From contig MU058252.1 in NCBI GenBank assembly GCA_013265495.1, positions 1,832,244-1,896,243 of the forward strand: DNA of 64,000 bases. The letters run 5' to 3'. Under the pieces are notes generated by a model, which worked only from the letters and a program-made list of their open reading frames with translations, was not told the DNA's origin and did not search any database. Below are positions 1 to 12,920 of the stretch, one piece after another. Every line of letters starts with the position of its first letter. The stretch's first letter is position 1. The position numbers were made by a program, and so were the translations under genes. This DNA is from Vicugna vicugna (Eukaryota).

Positions 1-224
1 TAAGGCGTTATTCACATTGTAAAAGAATTTACTTTAGGGAAAGAAAAACAACTCATCTTGACGTTTCTTGACATAGCAAGTTAGCCTATTGCTGTGACTA
101 GACTGATCTGAGAGCACTACCTTAGCACACGACTCTCATGGAGATTTCCTGCTAATTAAATGAGACCTTGTCTCTCTTCTTTGGATCTTTGCCAAGTCAC
201 CCCTGGGTTTGGAGCTAATTACCA

Positions 225-845
225 GCTCCCACCAGGGCCTGCGAGGACCTGGGCTTCATGTTGATGAGCCCTCGCCGATTCCGACTCCGTCTCCCACCAC
301 TTTCCGTATCCTCTTCTTTCTTGGACACACCATGTTTGTTTCTGCCTCAGGCCCTTTGCACGTGCCATGTTCCTACCTGAAGTTGCTCTTCCCCCAAGTA
401 TTGGTCAGTGCTTCACTGTTATCATTCTGATGAGGACCAAATACCAACCCTCAACGAGGCTTCCCCTGAGCCCCTATTCATGTCAGCTCCACCCATTCAG
501 TCTCTGTCCCGTTGCCTCTCAATTCCAAGCCATAACCTCAGCTTCTTTTCTCCTAAGTTCCGTATGTCTTGTCTACTCTCAGGCTGTCCCCGTGGACACC
601 TGCTTTCCTGGTACAATCATTAATCGCTCTCAAGAGTGTTCTGGTTTAAATACTAAGTTATACAGTGATCATATTTGTCACTCCTGGAGATGATAGTTAC
701 TTATTTTTCCATAAGTAAATGTGGTGTCTCTTCACTAGAATGGAGGAATGGGAACTTTGCATCAGGGAATTGTTTAGGCCCTGGGAGGCAACAGCGAACA
801 AACGTTGTGAGAACTCTGTAAATATTTTTTGATGGAACCAATTAA
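225..845 (+). mobile_element. L2 LINE 3' region, degraded
   Basis: Motifs 'cctcaggccctttgcacgtgccatgttcc', 'gaggcttcccctgagcccc', 'tgtctcttcactagaatg' and 'taaatattttttgatgg' resemble the L2 3' consensus. Boundaries approximate. Confidence 0.6.
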
Positions 846-1063
846 ACAAAATGAATTATAGGCTTTCATATAGTGTGTTTGTACACAGACACATAAACGC
901 ACTGAAGTGAAGACTTTTGGATCAGGTTTTACTTCATAGTTATGTGGACTCACTCTCCAAATTTTATATATATATAATATATAAATAGGAATAAACACAC
1001 ACTCATTTGGAGGAATGAGATTGTGAAGAAAATGTCAAGAAGTCCATTCAGAAAGAACCTTGC

Positions 1064-1187
1064 AGACATATCTGTGCATGACTGGGACGTGCTGCTGTGC
1101 ACCAAAAATGGACACACTGTAACTGACTACACTTCAGTTAAAACCAAAACCAAAAACAAAACGAAACAAAAAAAGAAAAAGAAAAAG
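1064..1187 (+). mobile_element. L1 extreme 3' end with A-rich tail
   Basis: 'gcatgactgggacgtgctgctgtgcaccaaaaatggacacactgtaactgactacacttcag' followed by a poly(A)-derived tail. The same terminus occurs in other L1 ends in this window (5242-5371, 63630-63991). Confidence 0.8.
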
Positions 1188-2879
1188 AATCTCGTTTGGA
1201 AAGCTCGCTTCTGCTAGATTGTATGGAACTTCCTGAAGAGGTCAGTGATTTCTCCGTTCATAGCTCGAGTCCTCTCTGCAACTTTGCGAGTTTTTCCCTT
1301 TCCGTATCTGGCCTTGGTATATGGCAAGTTACTCCAGCTAATTTAGGCCATATTCTTGCAAATAGCCATACCGCCCACGTCTGTCTTTTTCCATAAATAA
1401 GACGTATGAACTGCATCCCCATCAAGAACAGCAGATTTCTGTCTGGGAATTTTAGGGAAAAGATAAATATTAATATCAAGTAAAAAGGTCTCCAGTTTTT
1501 AAAAAAAAATTATGTCAGAATCTTTCAGGCATTTTCCACTTCATTTTTGAGTTTGGGGAACTTCACGTGAGAAAGGCAGCCTCCCCTGGGGCAGGATGGG
1601 GCATGGTGAAGTGGACTGGACCGGTCAGTAATTCGTGCACCATGATTTACACTCTCCATATTAATAAGAGACAGAAACAAAAGGAGAGAGACGGGTCGTG
1701 CTTGTGTGCATTTAGGGGAGGAGTCTGTTCATCCGCAGAGGACAGGGATCCCCTTTGCAAATGGAGACATTGTATGAATTAAGGACAGATTTTCCTTTGA
1801 AAAGATAAATATGGGGAAAAAAATGAATTTGTGTTTCAACACCAACTTGCCACCTTGGCTTGGACGCTTCAGGCAGTACACCACCTCCATCACTTTGGGT
1901 GGAAGCCCTTAGGAATGGGGACACGGTAGGTAGCAAAGACCGTTTCATTTTCAGTGTGTGTAAAACTGACGAAATCAAAATTTACGCCTGTAACTATTTA
2001 ACTCTGCATTCATATCTTTCCCACCCCAAGGATGATTTATTCACATCCACCTCCCAGACACTAACAAGGCGTGGAAGGGGCACTTCAGCTGTCGGCACGT
2101 GGTAAGTTGCAGGGGACCATCGCTCCCACCCTACGAGGGAGAACAGAGAAGTGGCACTCCCAGGCAAGTTAAAAAGCAGCCTAGAACCGGGAACACAGGC
2201 ACACGGAACTGAACCGAATTCCAGCGAGAGAGAAGCCCTTCCTAGAAGAGAAGAGACTGGGGGCGCTTTCGTCCCTGGCACGTTTCTCTTTACATCAGCA
2301 TGTGGTGGGATGTCATACCCGCTTGTCCTTTAAACTTCACCAGCCACGTGTGGGCTCACAGGATGGCATGGAATTCTGAGGACCCCCAGGCACGGGGTGA
2401 ATCCACACCTACTCCTCAAATCCATCTCTCGGGACCTTCAGTGGGCTCGCGGTAGCCGCACCAAGGCAGAGGGCAGAGCAGGAGGCTCGGGGACATGCAG
2501 GAATGCGGGGGGCAATTCGTGGGGCACGGTGGGCTTCTCCTGAATGCGAGGCAGCTGCAAATCAGAGCCTGTTCCCATTGTCGGAGGATGGAGAGGGGTC
2601 CCTCAAGGCTCAGGAAGCGGCTGCTGGCTCGTAAAGCCTAGGGTCTCGGCGTGCCAGCAGTCCTCGGGTTCCGAGCCTCGCTGAAGGGACAGCCTCGATC
2701 CTGCCCTCCAAGCATCTGAAGCCAGGGGTGAACTGAGACTGGTTAAAGCTGCAGCAGATCCCCGACTCAGCCCGATTACAGGGATGTTTGATTTGCTCCT
2801 GCCCTTTTCAGGGGCAAATAACCTGAATTTAATTCTCAATTATTCTTTTACATGGAACGTATGGAGCGAAATTTTAAAA

Positions 2880-4510
2880 ATCAAAGAGATAAGCAAAGAG
2901 GCAAGAAAACGCCATCGGCTACCAAGAGGAAACTTTGTTGCAGACCCAGATCCAAGGATACAGATTGTGGAATTAGCCAGCATAAGCTATAAAATAACCA
3001 TAATAAATGTGTTAAGATCCATGCGTGAAAAAAGTGAATGATCTATATACAAACAGATGAAGAATTTGAGCAGAGAAATGAAAACCATTAAAAGAAATGA
3101 TGGAAATTCGAAGACTGAAATAAGACATAGCAATTTTATATTTGAATGTGCTTAACAGCAGGGCTTCAAAACATATAAAACAAACACTGACAGGAGTAAT
3201 GGGGGAAATATATGAACCCATAACCAGGGCTGGAGGTTTTAAACCCCTCTCAGTAACTGATAGGACAACTGAGCAAGTCATAAAGATGTAGGAGATCTGA
3301 ACGCAGCTAGCAACCAACTTACCCTGACGCGTGCAGAGCCCCGCGTGCAGAAGCAGATCCACCCAGAAACATTTACCATATGCTGGGCCATAAAATAAGT
3401 CCCAATTAGTTTTAAAAGAGTGACATCAGAGGAAGTATATTCTTTCTAGACACACGTGTTAGAAATTAACAATACAACACTTAGAAAAGCTCCAATGGGA
3501 AATTATGCAACAACAACAAAAAATCTACGAGTCACAGAAGGTATCACAAAGGAAATTAGAGAATATTGGGAGCTGAATGACAATGAAAACCCAATATAAC
3601 GAAGTTCGTATGCCGCTAACGGAGTGCCGAGGAGGAAGTTTATAGTCTCGCACGCTCAGATCATTGTTTTTTTTAACTTCCCTCTTTTGAAAACAGACTT
3701 CCATGTTTAGAAGCTGGGAAAAGAAGAGCAACTTAAACTCAGATTAAATAGAAGAGAGAAAACAATTCAGACGGGAGCAGAAATCAACGAAACAAAAACT
3801 AGGCAAAAAGCAACCAAATCAAAGCGGGTATGTTAGAAACGTTTACAAGACGGAGAGACTCCAAGTTAGAGTCATCGACCAAAAAGGACTCAGCGTGAGA
3901 AGATTTAAAAGGACACGTCCGCGAGCACCTTCCAGACCAAATACAGATGGAAGCGAAGTGTGACGAGCAGCCCGTGCCCGGAGGGCCAACCGCGCAAGTG
4001 AAACGGACACGCGACCGAAACGAACACGGGAAGAAGCAGGAAACCCGAGAACACGTACGTGTACACGTACTTCTGCTTTAAGAAGAGACCTGCCAACAAA
4101 GACGGCTGGAGCCCTGGTGGATGTCACTAATAAACGCCATCAAAATTTAAAGAGAAATATTACCATCAAGGCACATTTTCCTTCCACAAAAAAGGTGGAG
4201 GAAGAAGCATTTCCTAATTTTCCTATGAGGCTGGTATAACCATGAGGTCAGAACCCTGACAGGGAAGTTACTAGAAAAGAAAATTACAGATTCCAATCTT
4301 TCAGAAACAGGGTGATATAAACAAGACGGTAGCGTTTTGTTTTTGTTTTTTTGTGGAATTAACTCACGGGAAGAGGCTCTTTTCTGGGTATGGCAACGTT
4401 CTATGTTTTGATTTTCTTGGTAGTTACATGACGTATACAATTACCACACTCAACGAATGATACACTTAAGCCGTGTGCGTTTCACTAGACGAAAATCATA
4501 CCTCAGTAAA
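2880..4510 (+). mobile_element. Old L1 (L1M-type) remnant: ORF1 piece, ORF2 pieces and 3' UTR, internally deleted
   Basis: A-rich sense strand. ORF2 endonuclease-region motifs ('acagcagggcttcaaaacatataaaacaaacactgacagg', 'atatgctgggccataaaataagtccc'), ORF2 'ttcctatgaggctggtataacc' and an old 3' UTR at 4380-4510. No open frame. Confidence 0.8.
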
Positions 4511-5241
4511 ACCAGGGTGAAGCAATGAGGGAACTGGTGCAATCCCCATCAGGAAGGACTGCTGCCAGGCACAGCGCAAGACGCTCGGCAGCAGCGTGTG
4601 CACACCGCTTTGTTACACACTTTGGTGTCAATGCTCCCATTTAATTCTCCCAATAAATACACTATGTTTGTGAGCTTATTCCTCAACTCGGGAGGATAAA
4701 CGGCTTACTTGAGGCTTTAGAAAGATAGCGTGCAGCAAAATCAGGACAGAAACTCAAGTTTCTTGTCTCTTAGTTTATGTTTTTCCAAGAAACATGAGAT
4801 ACTCTGCTATTGCACCACCTTTAGCTCCGAAAACTCCTGCTGTAGCACGTTTTACTGTTGAGATATCTGAATTACCTGTTTTGTTCTGAACTTTATTGGC
4901 TCAAAATTGAAATGACAGCCTTTAACACACGATTGTAATTTTAAAGCAATGCGTGCATTTAGAATTCTGCCTTAAGATTCACCCAGTTATTTGAATTAAA
5001 ATATTTTATTTGCCTTCAACGTTGGGTTTTGAAACATCGTCGTAAACGCACCTTACTGCTATCTGCAGAGTCTGGGGTGGGTGCTTCAGTGCGTCCCCAT
5101 ACGCACCACCACGCACCCCGTACACGACACTGCACCTTTCTGCTTGTATGTCTGCTTCTCGCCAGCGATGATCTCAGAGACTTCCTGCTTGTAGGAAGAG
5201 GACAAACTGTTTCTTATTCATCTTGTATCCTTGGACCTACC

Positions 5242-5371
5242 TTTTTTAAATTAATTAATTATTTTTTTATTGAAGTGCAGTCAATTACAATGTGTCGATT
5301 TCTGGTGTACAACAATGTCCCAGGCGTGCAGATACATACACGTATTTGTTTTCACATTTTTTTCATTAAAG
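5242..5371 (-). mobile_element. L1 3' end
   Basis: Poly(T) then 'attgaagtgcagtcaattacaatgtgtcgatttctggtgtacaac', the reverse complement of the L1 terminus. Confidence 0.85.
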
Positions 5372-5849
5372 TTTCCTTGGACTTATTACAGTGTGTGGCA
5401 CTCAAGAGTCAGCCAATAAATACTTACTGAGTGACTAAACAAACAGGGCAAATGCCTTAGGAGAAAGTCAGCCCCCAGCCCCGACCCCGGTCTGCCATCT
5501 CTCACCGCAGCTACACTGACACCTTGATGAATAACGTGTCTGGAAAGAAAGACCTTCATGGTGGAGTTGATGACAGTGAAAATGATACTTGCACTGTACT
5601 GGTAAGTGCTGTGTTGTTCAACTCGCGTGCTCATCTGCCAACACCCGGTCCAGGGCAGAGACCGCGTCAGCCTTGCTTGTGGAAGGATCCACAGCAATGT
5701 GGAGGGTTATTGGCACAGGGGAGGGTAAGTGGCATAGTCGCTCACTTTCTTGTGTGAATAAATACGTTTTTATGTCTATTATGTGATACGTGTACAGTTC
5801 TGCAAATATTATATATGTAATTCATTCATTATATGAACATACATACATT

Positions 5850-6420
5850 TAAAGTCATCCATTCTTGTCTTCATTGATTGTGACTTTTGTCGCTTGTTGA
5901 GTAATTTCATCTTTTCCCCAAGGCATTGTCTTCTAATTTTTGGTAAGATTCTGGGGTTTCTTTTTTACATATGGATACTTAAGTCTTTAAAATTTTGTTT
6001 TTCTCTTTACGGTGTGAGGGCGGTGTCAGTCTTTCCGTGTATGCATAATCAATGTTCCCAGCTCTAGTGAAGAGCTTAGCATTTCTTCCCTGATTTGTAA
6101 TGTCATTTATCAATGTTCCACAATTAAGAGGTAATTGTCTACACTCTGTTCTGTTCCGTTATATATGTTGGCATTGATAGTACAGTGTTTTCTTTATTTC
6201 GGTTTTATAACATCTTGAAACCTGCTAAGAAATTTTTTATTCTGTTTCTTCTCTCTTTTTGATCTTTCTTCCTAAAGGTTTTAAAAAAGCAGATTTTTGT
6301 TTTGTTGAAGCTCATCTGTTCCTTCCTTTTTCCATTTTATTAATTTACCTTCTATTATGTCTGCCTTATTTTTAGAAGCTTGCACTAAGCTTTTCACTTT
6401 TTGAGACATTTACTTTTAAT
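5850..6420 (-). mobile_element. Old L1 ORF2 fragment
   Basis: T-rich, with antisense L1-like motifs ('ggtgtgagggcggtgtcagtctttcc', 'atcaatgttcccagc', 'tctgttctgttcc'). Very degraded. Confidence 0.5.
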
Positions 6421-6629
6421 CCTTTTCTTTTGTTAGCGCAAGAATTTCCCCCTTTCTGGGCCTGCTGTAGGTGGCTGTGGCGTGCAGCGCTCCCTGCCGC
6501 TCGGTTCAGGCCGGCTCACAGCCTCCCGGGTGAGACCGTCCCGTCTCACGCGGTAGTCAAGAGAGTCTGTGTTAAGCCTGTGCTGGTGGCTGATTTCCGA
6601 CTGAAGTCTGGCTCTGAGAGTCCAATCTG

Positions 6630-6760
6630 AGTGTGTATCTCTTACAACCTCACAGGAGACAGAGGTCACACTCCAGTGGGTAATTGAGGAAAGTTTAATG
6701 AAGAGGCCATTCACCACTGTGTACGCAGGGTTACAGGAAATCAAAACGCAAAAGTCCACC
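6630..6760. mobile_element. ERVL LTR fragment (LTR33-like)
   Basis: 'ggagacagaggtcacactccagtgggtaattgaggaaagtttaatgaagaggccattcacc' resembles LTR33-family sequence. Confidence 0.45.
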
Positions 6761-8634
6761 AACAGTTATGCCCATTTCTTTGAAACGGGTGCTACAGAGT
6801 GTGACGATGCACCTTCACTCCGGGGGGTGTTCTGGTGTCAGAAACTTTATCAGTATGTTAGGTGCCCGAACTCTTGTGGGGTTCATCTCTCACCTGCCCT
6901 CACTCTTGCTCCCCCCATCGGATCCAGTTAGCAAACAGTGTGATGTGGTACCTGATGAGGTATTAAGCCATTCAGTTCCCTCTGGTCTCTTTTATGACGA
7001 AAGCAGAATGTAGGAGGGTCGCATCACGTCAGTGTGCGGACGCCCCCGTCCACGTTGCCCACGTGAGAGCGGCAGGCTGTTTCTGATGAATGCTACAGGG
7101 AAAAGCACATGCCAGCTCAACAACTGTACGCTTGGCGGGGTGCGTTTTAATTTGCTTCAGGAAAGATACCACGTGTGGAACCACAGTTCTGATGGTCATC
7201 ACCACCGGATCAATTGTGCGCTAGCCACAGTCATCCTCCAAGACTCACGTGGGTTTGCACCATTTGAACAGGGAAGGCAGAGGGGCGTGCAGTTCCCTTC
7301 ACTCCGCGGGCTCTGGTGCCTAAACTCCCCTGGGCGTGCGGGGCTGCTCCGAGCTTACTGTTCTGGCAGAGGAGAGGCGGTTCCTGGGGCTTTCTGCTGG
7401 GTTTTCCTACCATTCTAGCCCTCACGCCACAGGTCAGGGACTCAGCGTGGGGAGCCTGCCAGTTACGAGGCATACCTGCTCTCAGGACATCTCCCAGGGC
7501 TGGGGACCTAAACACAAAACGTGTCCCTTATTCCTCTGGACTCCCCGTGAGAGAGAGTCAAGCCAAGAATGACCATTGCCTGACCTCCATAAGCGCCCCC
7601 CAGGACCTTACTTTAGCATTTATAAAAAAGCTTTTCTGATAATTAGTATCAGTCCAGAGCCAGAATCTAATAATCTTCAGAGGGTTCTTTGCCTTCCCCT
7701 TTGCCTAGTGAATAGGCATTACTGCAAAGTGGCTTCAGGTATATTCCCGTGGCCACACACAGTACGTGGCCGGGACAGGTAACAGGGTAACAGGGAGGGC
7801 GCACATCACACCGCGTGCGCGTGGCTTTGATGGAACGTCTCAGGTACGGGTATGACCAGCCTTGCTCTTACTGGCCCATCAAGGGGGCTGACGTTTCAGG
7901 TGGGCTCATCCCCCCCACCCTCAGGCCAGGCAGGTGCTCCAGGCACTTGTGCGCACAGGTGACCCAGGAGAGAGATGGAAGGGCTGGAGCCGGAAGAGGA
8001 AAGACAAGACACAGGGGACCATGTTACACTCAAAATGGAGAAGGTGAAGGAGCCAGGGCAGGGGTGGGAGGGGGCTCAGAGGTGGCGGGGGGGGGGCTGT
8101 CTTTTTGTTTCTTTGGGACACGGGAGTGGAATGAAACAGAGGGGTGTGGGGGGAGAGGCTGGGGGGAATTTTGGAGAAGATAGAAAGGGATGTGAGAAGT
8201 GCTGTTAGGGACTGGATGTTAGATTACCTTTGACGACCTTTGAGAGTTACCAGTAAGGATGGAAATTAAATCCTCTTTAATTAATTTTTCCTCCGGTTTG
8301 TACAGTTTTTTAAAAAAATCTGTGATCGAATTCTCCTGCTGCAAACCACATGGGTTGTGGCTTTGATAGCCACCCGTAAGTGACGGCTTCTGGGTCCTCA
8401 TGGGAGAGGGTTCCAATATCGGGGAGGGGGGGCTGGAAGGCACGGACCCTAAGGGGGATCCCTGGTGCCGGCGAGGTCAGAGCACGGATGCTGGACGCCA
8501 GAGCCACGCTTGGTCTCAGTTATGCGCACAGTCTGTCCTCCTTTCACCTTCATTTGCCGACGACAAAGGGAAACACCTCCCCTTTCCCGCTCAGAATTGA
8601 TCCGGAGAAGGCGGTACCGGCAGGCTCGCCGCGC

Positions 8635-8668
8635 TGTAGTGCCTCGAGGTGGCCGCCAGGAGGCAGCG
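8635..8668 (+). promoter_or_regulatory. Candidate CTCF site with upstream motif, in a CpG-rich patch
   Basis: Core TGGCCGCCAGGAGGCAGCG (8650-8668) matches the CTCF core consensus. It is preceded, with a 6-bp spacer, by TGTAGTGCC (8635-8643), resembling the upstream TGCAG-type module. Confidence 0.6.
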
Positions 8669-9539
8669 CTGTCTCTTCTCAGGCTGAAGGTTAGCAGGTC
8701 GCGCGGGATCCAAGGTGAGTGCCTGGGTGCAGGGTGGGAAATGTGAGGACGGAGAAACACGGACACAAATGAGGGCTTTCTCTAAGCATTCTCACGTCTA
8801 GTGGGCGGTCTCCAACCCTGGGGACTTCCGATCCCAAGCATTTAGGCAGGCCCCCTGTCGAGCAAGTGGAGATTGAAGTTGCCCTGGGGAAGGCGATTGG
8901 CGGGTTCACCAGAAAACATCTGACATTCAGTGGTTTAGTCGAATGCGTTCCCCGAAGGCAGGGAGGCTGCCTCTCCATCTCTCTCCTGGTGTCCGGCGTG
9001 TGTTTCATTTTCAACAAGTGGTCCAGCGGGTGATTTGACAAAGCATCTGACCTTTGCTGAGACGCTGCATTTGAAGGCAAGGAACCAGGTTTTCATCTCA
9101 GCCCTCCTCCCCGTGCGTCCTGGAGAAATGGCTTCTGTCTGAGTCTCAGCTCCCCGTGTGTGACGTCCCTCACGTTGTGAAGTGTCGTGTTGCCGAATGC
9201 CGGCTGCGGCTGCGGGTGCACGGTTTTGAAAGGGAACGAACGGTTGTGAAGGAGAAATGTACGTTTCTCCTTCTATTATTCTAGACTGCGCAGGGCAGAG
9301 TCACCTTCTCATGTGAAGGCTCCTAGAGATTTGCCTAGTGAGCCTCCAGGGGGGTTAAAATAGTAACAAGCTGTCTGCGCTGAGGGTACAAAACGGCTGG
9401 AGAGCCCTCCACCCAATTCACGCCCTGGACGGCGCCGAACACGCTGCGCTTGCCCACGTCTCCCTGACTGCTCTCCAGGGGGTGCTCCGTGGCGAGACTC
9501 TTGGGTGTAAGAACAACGCTTCACCCACCCAGTAACTGG

Positions 9540-9830
9540 CTCCATCTTCTCTACAAACTCCTCGTCCACCTGCCTTCTTAGATCCTCCAGAGTGTGTCCT
9601 CTCTGTAGGCAAGCGTGTCTCCATAGTAACCTCTCCAGACTCAACCAAATCCGCGGATTTGCGCCACCAAGCACGAATCTTAGGTCTGCATGTTTCTGTC
9701 ACCTCAATCGCACCTTTTCTTATATTACCCGCCATCGGCCACCATCCATCTCATCATCCCGTCCAAGCCAGAAACACCACGAAAGGTGGCTGGTCCCCCC
9801 CACTCGGCTCTACCTCCTATTCCATTGTCA
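9540..9830 (+). mobile_element. L2 fragment
   Basis: 'tccacctgccttcttagatcctccag...ctccagactcaacc' and 'accatccatctcatc...ccaagccagaaac' resemble internal L2 consensus. Confidence 0.5.
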
Positions 9831-10244
9831 ATTATACCATCGTAATGATGTCCCATCTCCATCTGGGGAGGGGTCTAGAATATTGGAATAACTGGTAACC
9901 TGCCTTCTCACCACCCTCTCTCCTCACCTTTCGAGCTCCTCTGAGGCTCGGTGAGCTCACCAAGGGTGAGGAGCATCTCGTATCCCCAGTGCCTTTCTCT
10001 GGTGTTGGCCGCACGCAGCTCTCACCCACAAATGTTTGCGAAATGATTAGATGAAAGAACGGTCCATAAGCCTGGCAGCTGAAAACGAGACCAGAACTCA
10101 CGAAAACTATCTCAGCCAGGGATGTTTACTGTGTGCTTCCTGGGAGATGCATGCAAATTCCTACTTTAGGGAAAGTAGGTATTTTGGTAGGCATATAGCA
10201 TCATCTCTTAAATCATATAAAATTAAATATATATAACCTCTGCC

Positions 10245-10380
10245 TTGTGAGGCAGGCAGGGCAAATATTACTTTTCTAAGGTTTTAGCTGTAAGATGAGA
10301 AAATTGAGCCTCAGAGGGGTTAAGTGGCTGCCAAGGTCATGACTGTGCTTGGCAAGAAGCAGGATCTCCCTGCCCTGAGT
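10245..10380 (-). mobile_element. MIR SINE
   Basis: MIR core in antisense: 'agatgagaaaattgagcctcagaggggttaagtggctgccaaggtca'. Confidence 0.75.
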
Positions 10381-11163
10381 GCCCTGCCCTTTCTTCGTTG
10401 TATCTGTAGGCACCTCATGACTCGTGGAGCAATTGATGGAAGGATGTCTGCTCATGGATGCTTATAAGCTGTGTCTCTGACCTCTGCTCCGACAACTGAT
10501 GTGGCAGAATCCTTGGAATTTGGGCTTCAGGAAGACAGACCCTATCTGGGATGAAATTAAGTGGTTTAAAATGCATTTTGAGATACCTCCCCTGGAGACA
10601 TGCTACTGACAGCTAAATAAAATGAATATGGAGAAACCTTTTCCTTGCCAATGAATAACACACAGCTTTCGGGCAAGTAGGTAGATTCAAGGAGACTGTC
10701 TTTCCCAGCTATGCTTACAAAGTTTAGTACATGAATAATTGAGCAACTTCCTGGCACACTCCATTTTTATTTGTAAGCATGCCCCGGGGGCAGAAAAAGA
10801 GAAAAAAATTTTTTGAAAACAAGTTTTGCATTAGCTAGGAGTTTATTTGTTTGCCAGAAGATTATCTAATTACATTTTCAAAGGGACACGTTGGTGTGTC
10901 TTGTTATTCTCTTGTTGACATCTTGACGTCAAATGTATTAGACAAGTTAGAAGGGAGATGGGTAGAAATCTGGATCATGCACGGGGCGGGAGACCAGAAT
11001 AGAACTTGCAGAAATTCTGTTTGCACATCTATTATGATCCTTATTACAACCCTATGGTCCTACGCTGTAAGAATTGGTTTTGCACTTGCATTTCCTCCCA
11101 GTTTAAGCCAGGGGCCATTCCAGGGGCCGCACAGAGCTTCACTGGAAATGGATGCTCCAAAAC

Positions 11164-11244
11164 TGTCCAACACAGATGACTGGATAAAGAAGAAGTGGTA
11201 TATTTACACAACGGAATACTACTCAGCCATAAAAAAGAATGAAA
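11164..11244 (+). mobile_element. Short L1 ORF2 C-terminal fragment
   Basis: Encodes the 'TDDWIKKKWYIYTTEYYSAIKKNE' L1 ORF2p C-terminal motif. Followed by a short (CA)-rich tract. Confidence 0.85.
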
Positions 11245-11299
11245 CTACACCCACACACACCCACACACACCCACAACTTCTTTATCTAGCTGTGTGTGA

Positions 11300-11440
11300 A
11301 ATGAATAGGTTTTGAATGCCTTCTGTGTGCTGGATGCTGCTCTTGGCGTGGATCACAGTGGGGAGTGAAAGGGACAAACGCCTCCGCCACAGTGGGGCTC
11401 ACATTCCACTGCGGGAAGATGGACAACAGAACAGCCCAGG
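11300..11440 (-). mobile_element. L2 3' end
   Basis: 'ttgaatgccttctgtgtgctggatgctgctcttgg...gggctcacattccactgcgggaag' is antisense L2 3' end-like. Confidence 0.55.
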
Positions 11441-12662
11441 GGTGTGTGGTGCAACGTGACTGCAGACCAGCTCTGCACAGACTGGCTGTGAGCTGCAGCT
11501 CTCTCCCCCGCGACTGTGAGCGCCTGTGGAACAGGACCTGGTATGGTCACCGCTCTCGGGCCGGAGCTGAACTGCAGCCGTCTGGGACTGCATTCCTCCC
11601 CAGGGAAGCCATCAGATGTGCTGCCTTGATTTAAACACTGGTCAGAAAAAATTAACCTGCTTCATTTACATACCTTTATCCAGTGCAACTTAGTTTTTCC
11701 TCATGGGTGGGTGTTAAATGACAGGACTGTGCGGAGTCAGGGCTTCGCCAAGGAAACGGCCGCAAAGAGGCTCAGACATGGGGAGTGCTGGTCACACTCT
11801 CCTCGGCCATCACAGGCTCCTCCCTCTCCCCTTTGCACAGCTGGTGCTGTCTTGCAGGTTTCCATCGAAGAGGTCAAGGCGCGGCTCTGACTCCGGTCTC
11901 GGCACAGATGCTACTCCAGTTAGGTAACCGCTGGCGCGCTTGGCGTCTCCTTTGATCTGAACTTGAGAAGCGTGGCAGAGGAACAGGAGGGCGATGAGCA
12001 GCCTCTCCTATCAATCTCCTTTCTAAAAAAATAAAATAAAATATTAGTGCTGGCTATTCATTATCCCCACCATCCTCCTCCCCCCCTTTCTCGGTCTCCT
12101 CCGCGTGCCTGGGGGGGGTGTGTGCGGGGCACACGCGTGACTCCTCGCCCCGAGGCTGTGCCCGCGGGTTCAGGCGCAGGCTAGGGGTTGGGGGGAGGGC
12201 GGGACAGACCCTCCCACCCTGCCTTTGGCCCCTGTCCTGGTCGTGGCTCATCTCCCAAGCTCGGCTCTGTTGGCTGCCCTGTCCCCTCAGCACCACTCAA
12301 GCTCTCACCAGGATGCTCTGGCCCTCGGGGTCTGGGAATGTCGACCCCTCCCCACGGCTGCTGGTTCTGGGTGCTCCAGCCTCCTCCGACGCTGGCTTAC
12401 CCCTGCCCGCCCTCCTCAGCCTGTCCCTCCAGCCCCCCGGCTCCAGAATCCTGTATGAATGTGCTTTCTCTTGCCAGGTGGGCGCCTGCCTGACATGGTG
12501 ATCTAGTTAAGTGACTCGGCATCCAATAGAAAACATTACCATTTGGGAAAAAATAATTATTTAAAGTGGAAAAAAAGCATGAAGTTGTAATTTAGGGACC
12601 CTGTTTTTTTCCTTAATCACCTAAAGTAACCCTGTTTCCTTCTAGCTTCAAGGGATCACTTC

Positions 12663-12920
12663 TTTTTTTTTAAATTGAATTTAGTTTAACTTTTAATCAA
12701 AGTATAGTTGATTTGCAATGTTGTGTTAGTTTCAGGTGCACAGCAAAGTGATTCAGTTATATGTATATATAAATATATTCTTTTTCAGATTCTTTTCCAT
12801 TATAGCTTCTTATAAGAAACTGAATATACTTCCCTGTGCCACACAGTAGGTCCTTGTTGTTTATCTATTTTGTATACAGTTGTGTGTGTATCTGTTAATC
12901 CCAAACTCCTAGTTTATCCA
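12663..12920 (-). mobile_element. L1 3' UTR
   Basis: Poly(T) then 'aagtatagttgatttgcaatgttgtgttagtttcaggtgcacagcaaagtgattcag', the antisense of the 3' UTR seen at 27700-27900. Confidence 0.9.

Noticed and set aside
9530..9610. Exon-like minus-strand peptide RGHTLEDLRRQVDEEFVEKMEPVT
   Set aside because: It lies within L2-like sequence, and I found no partner exons.
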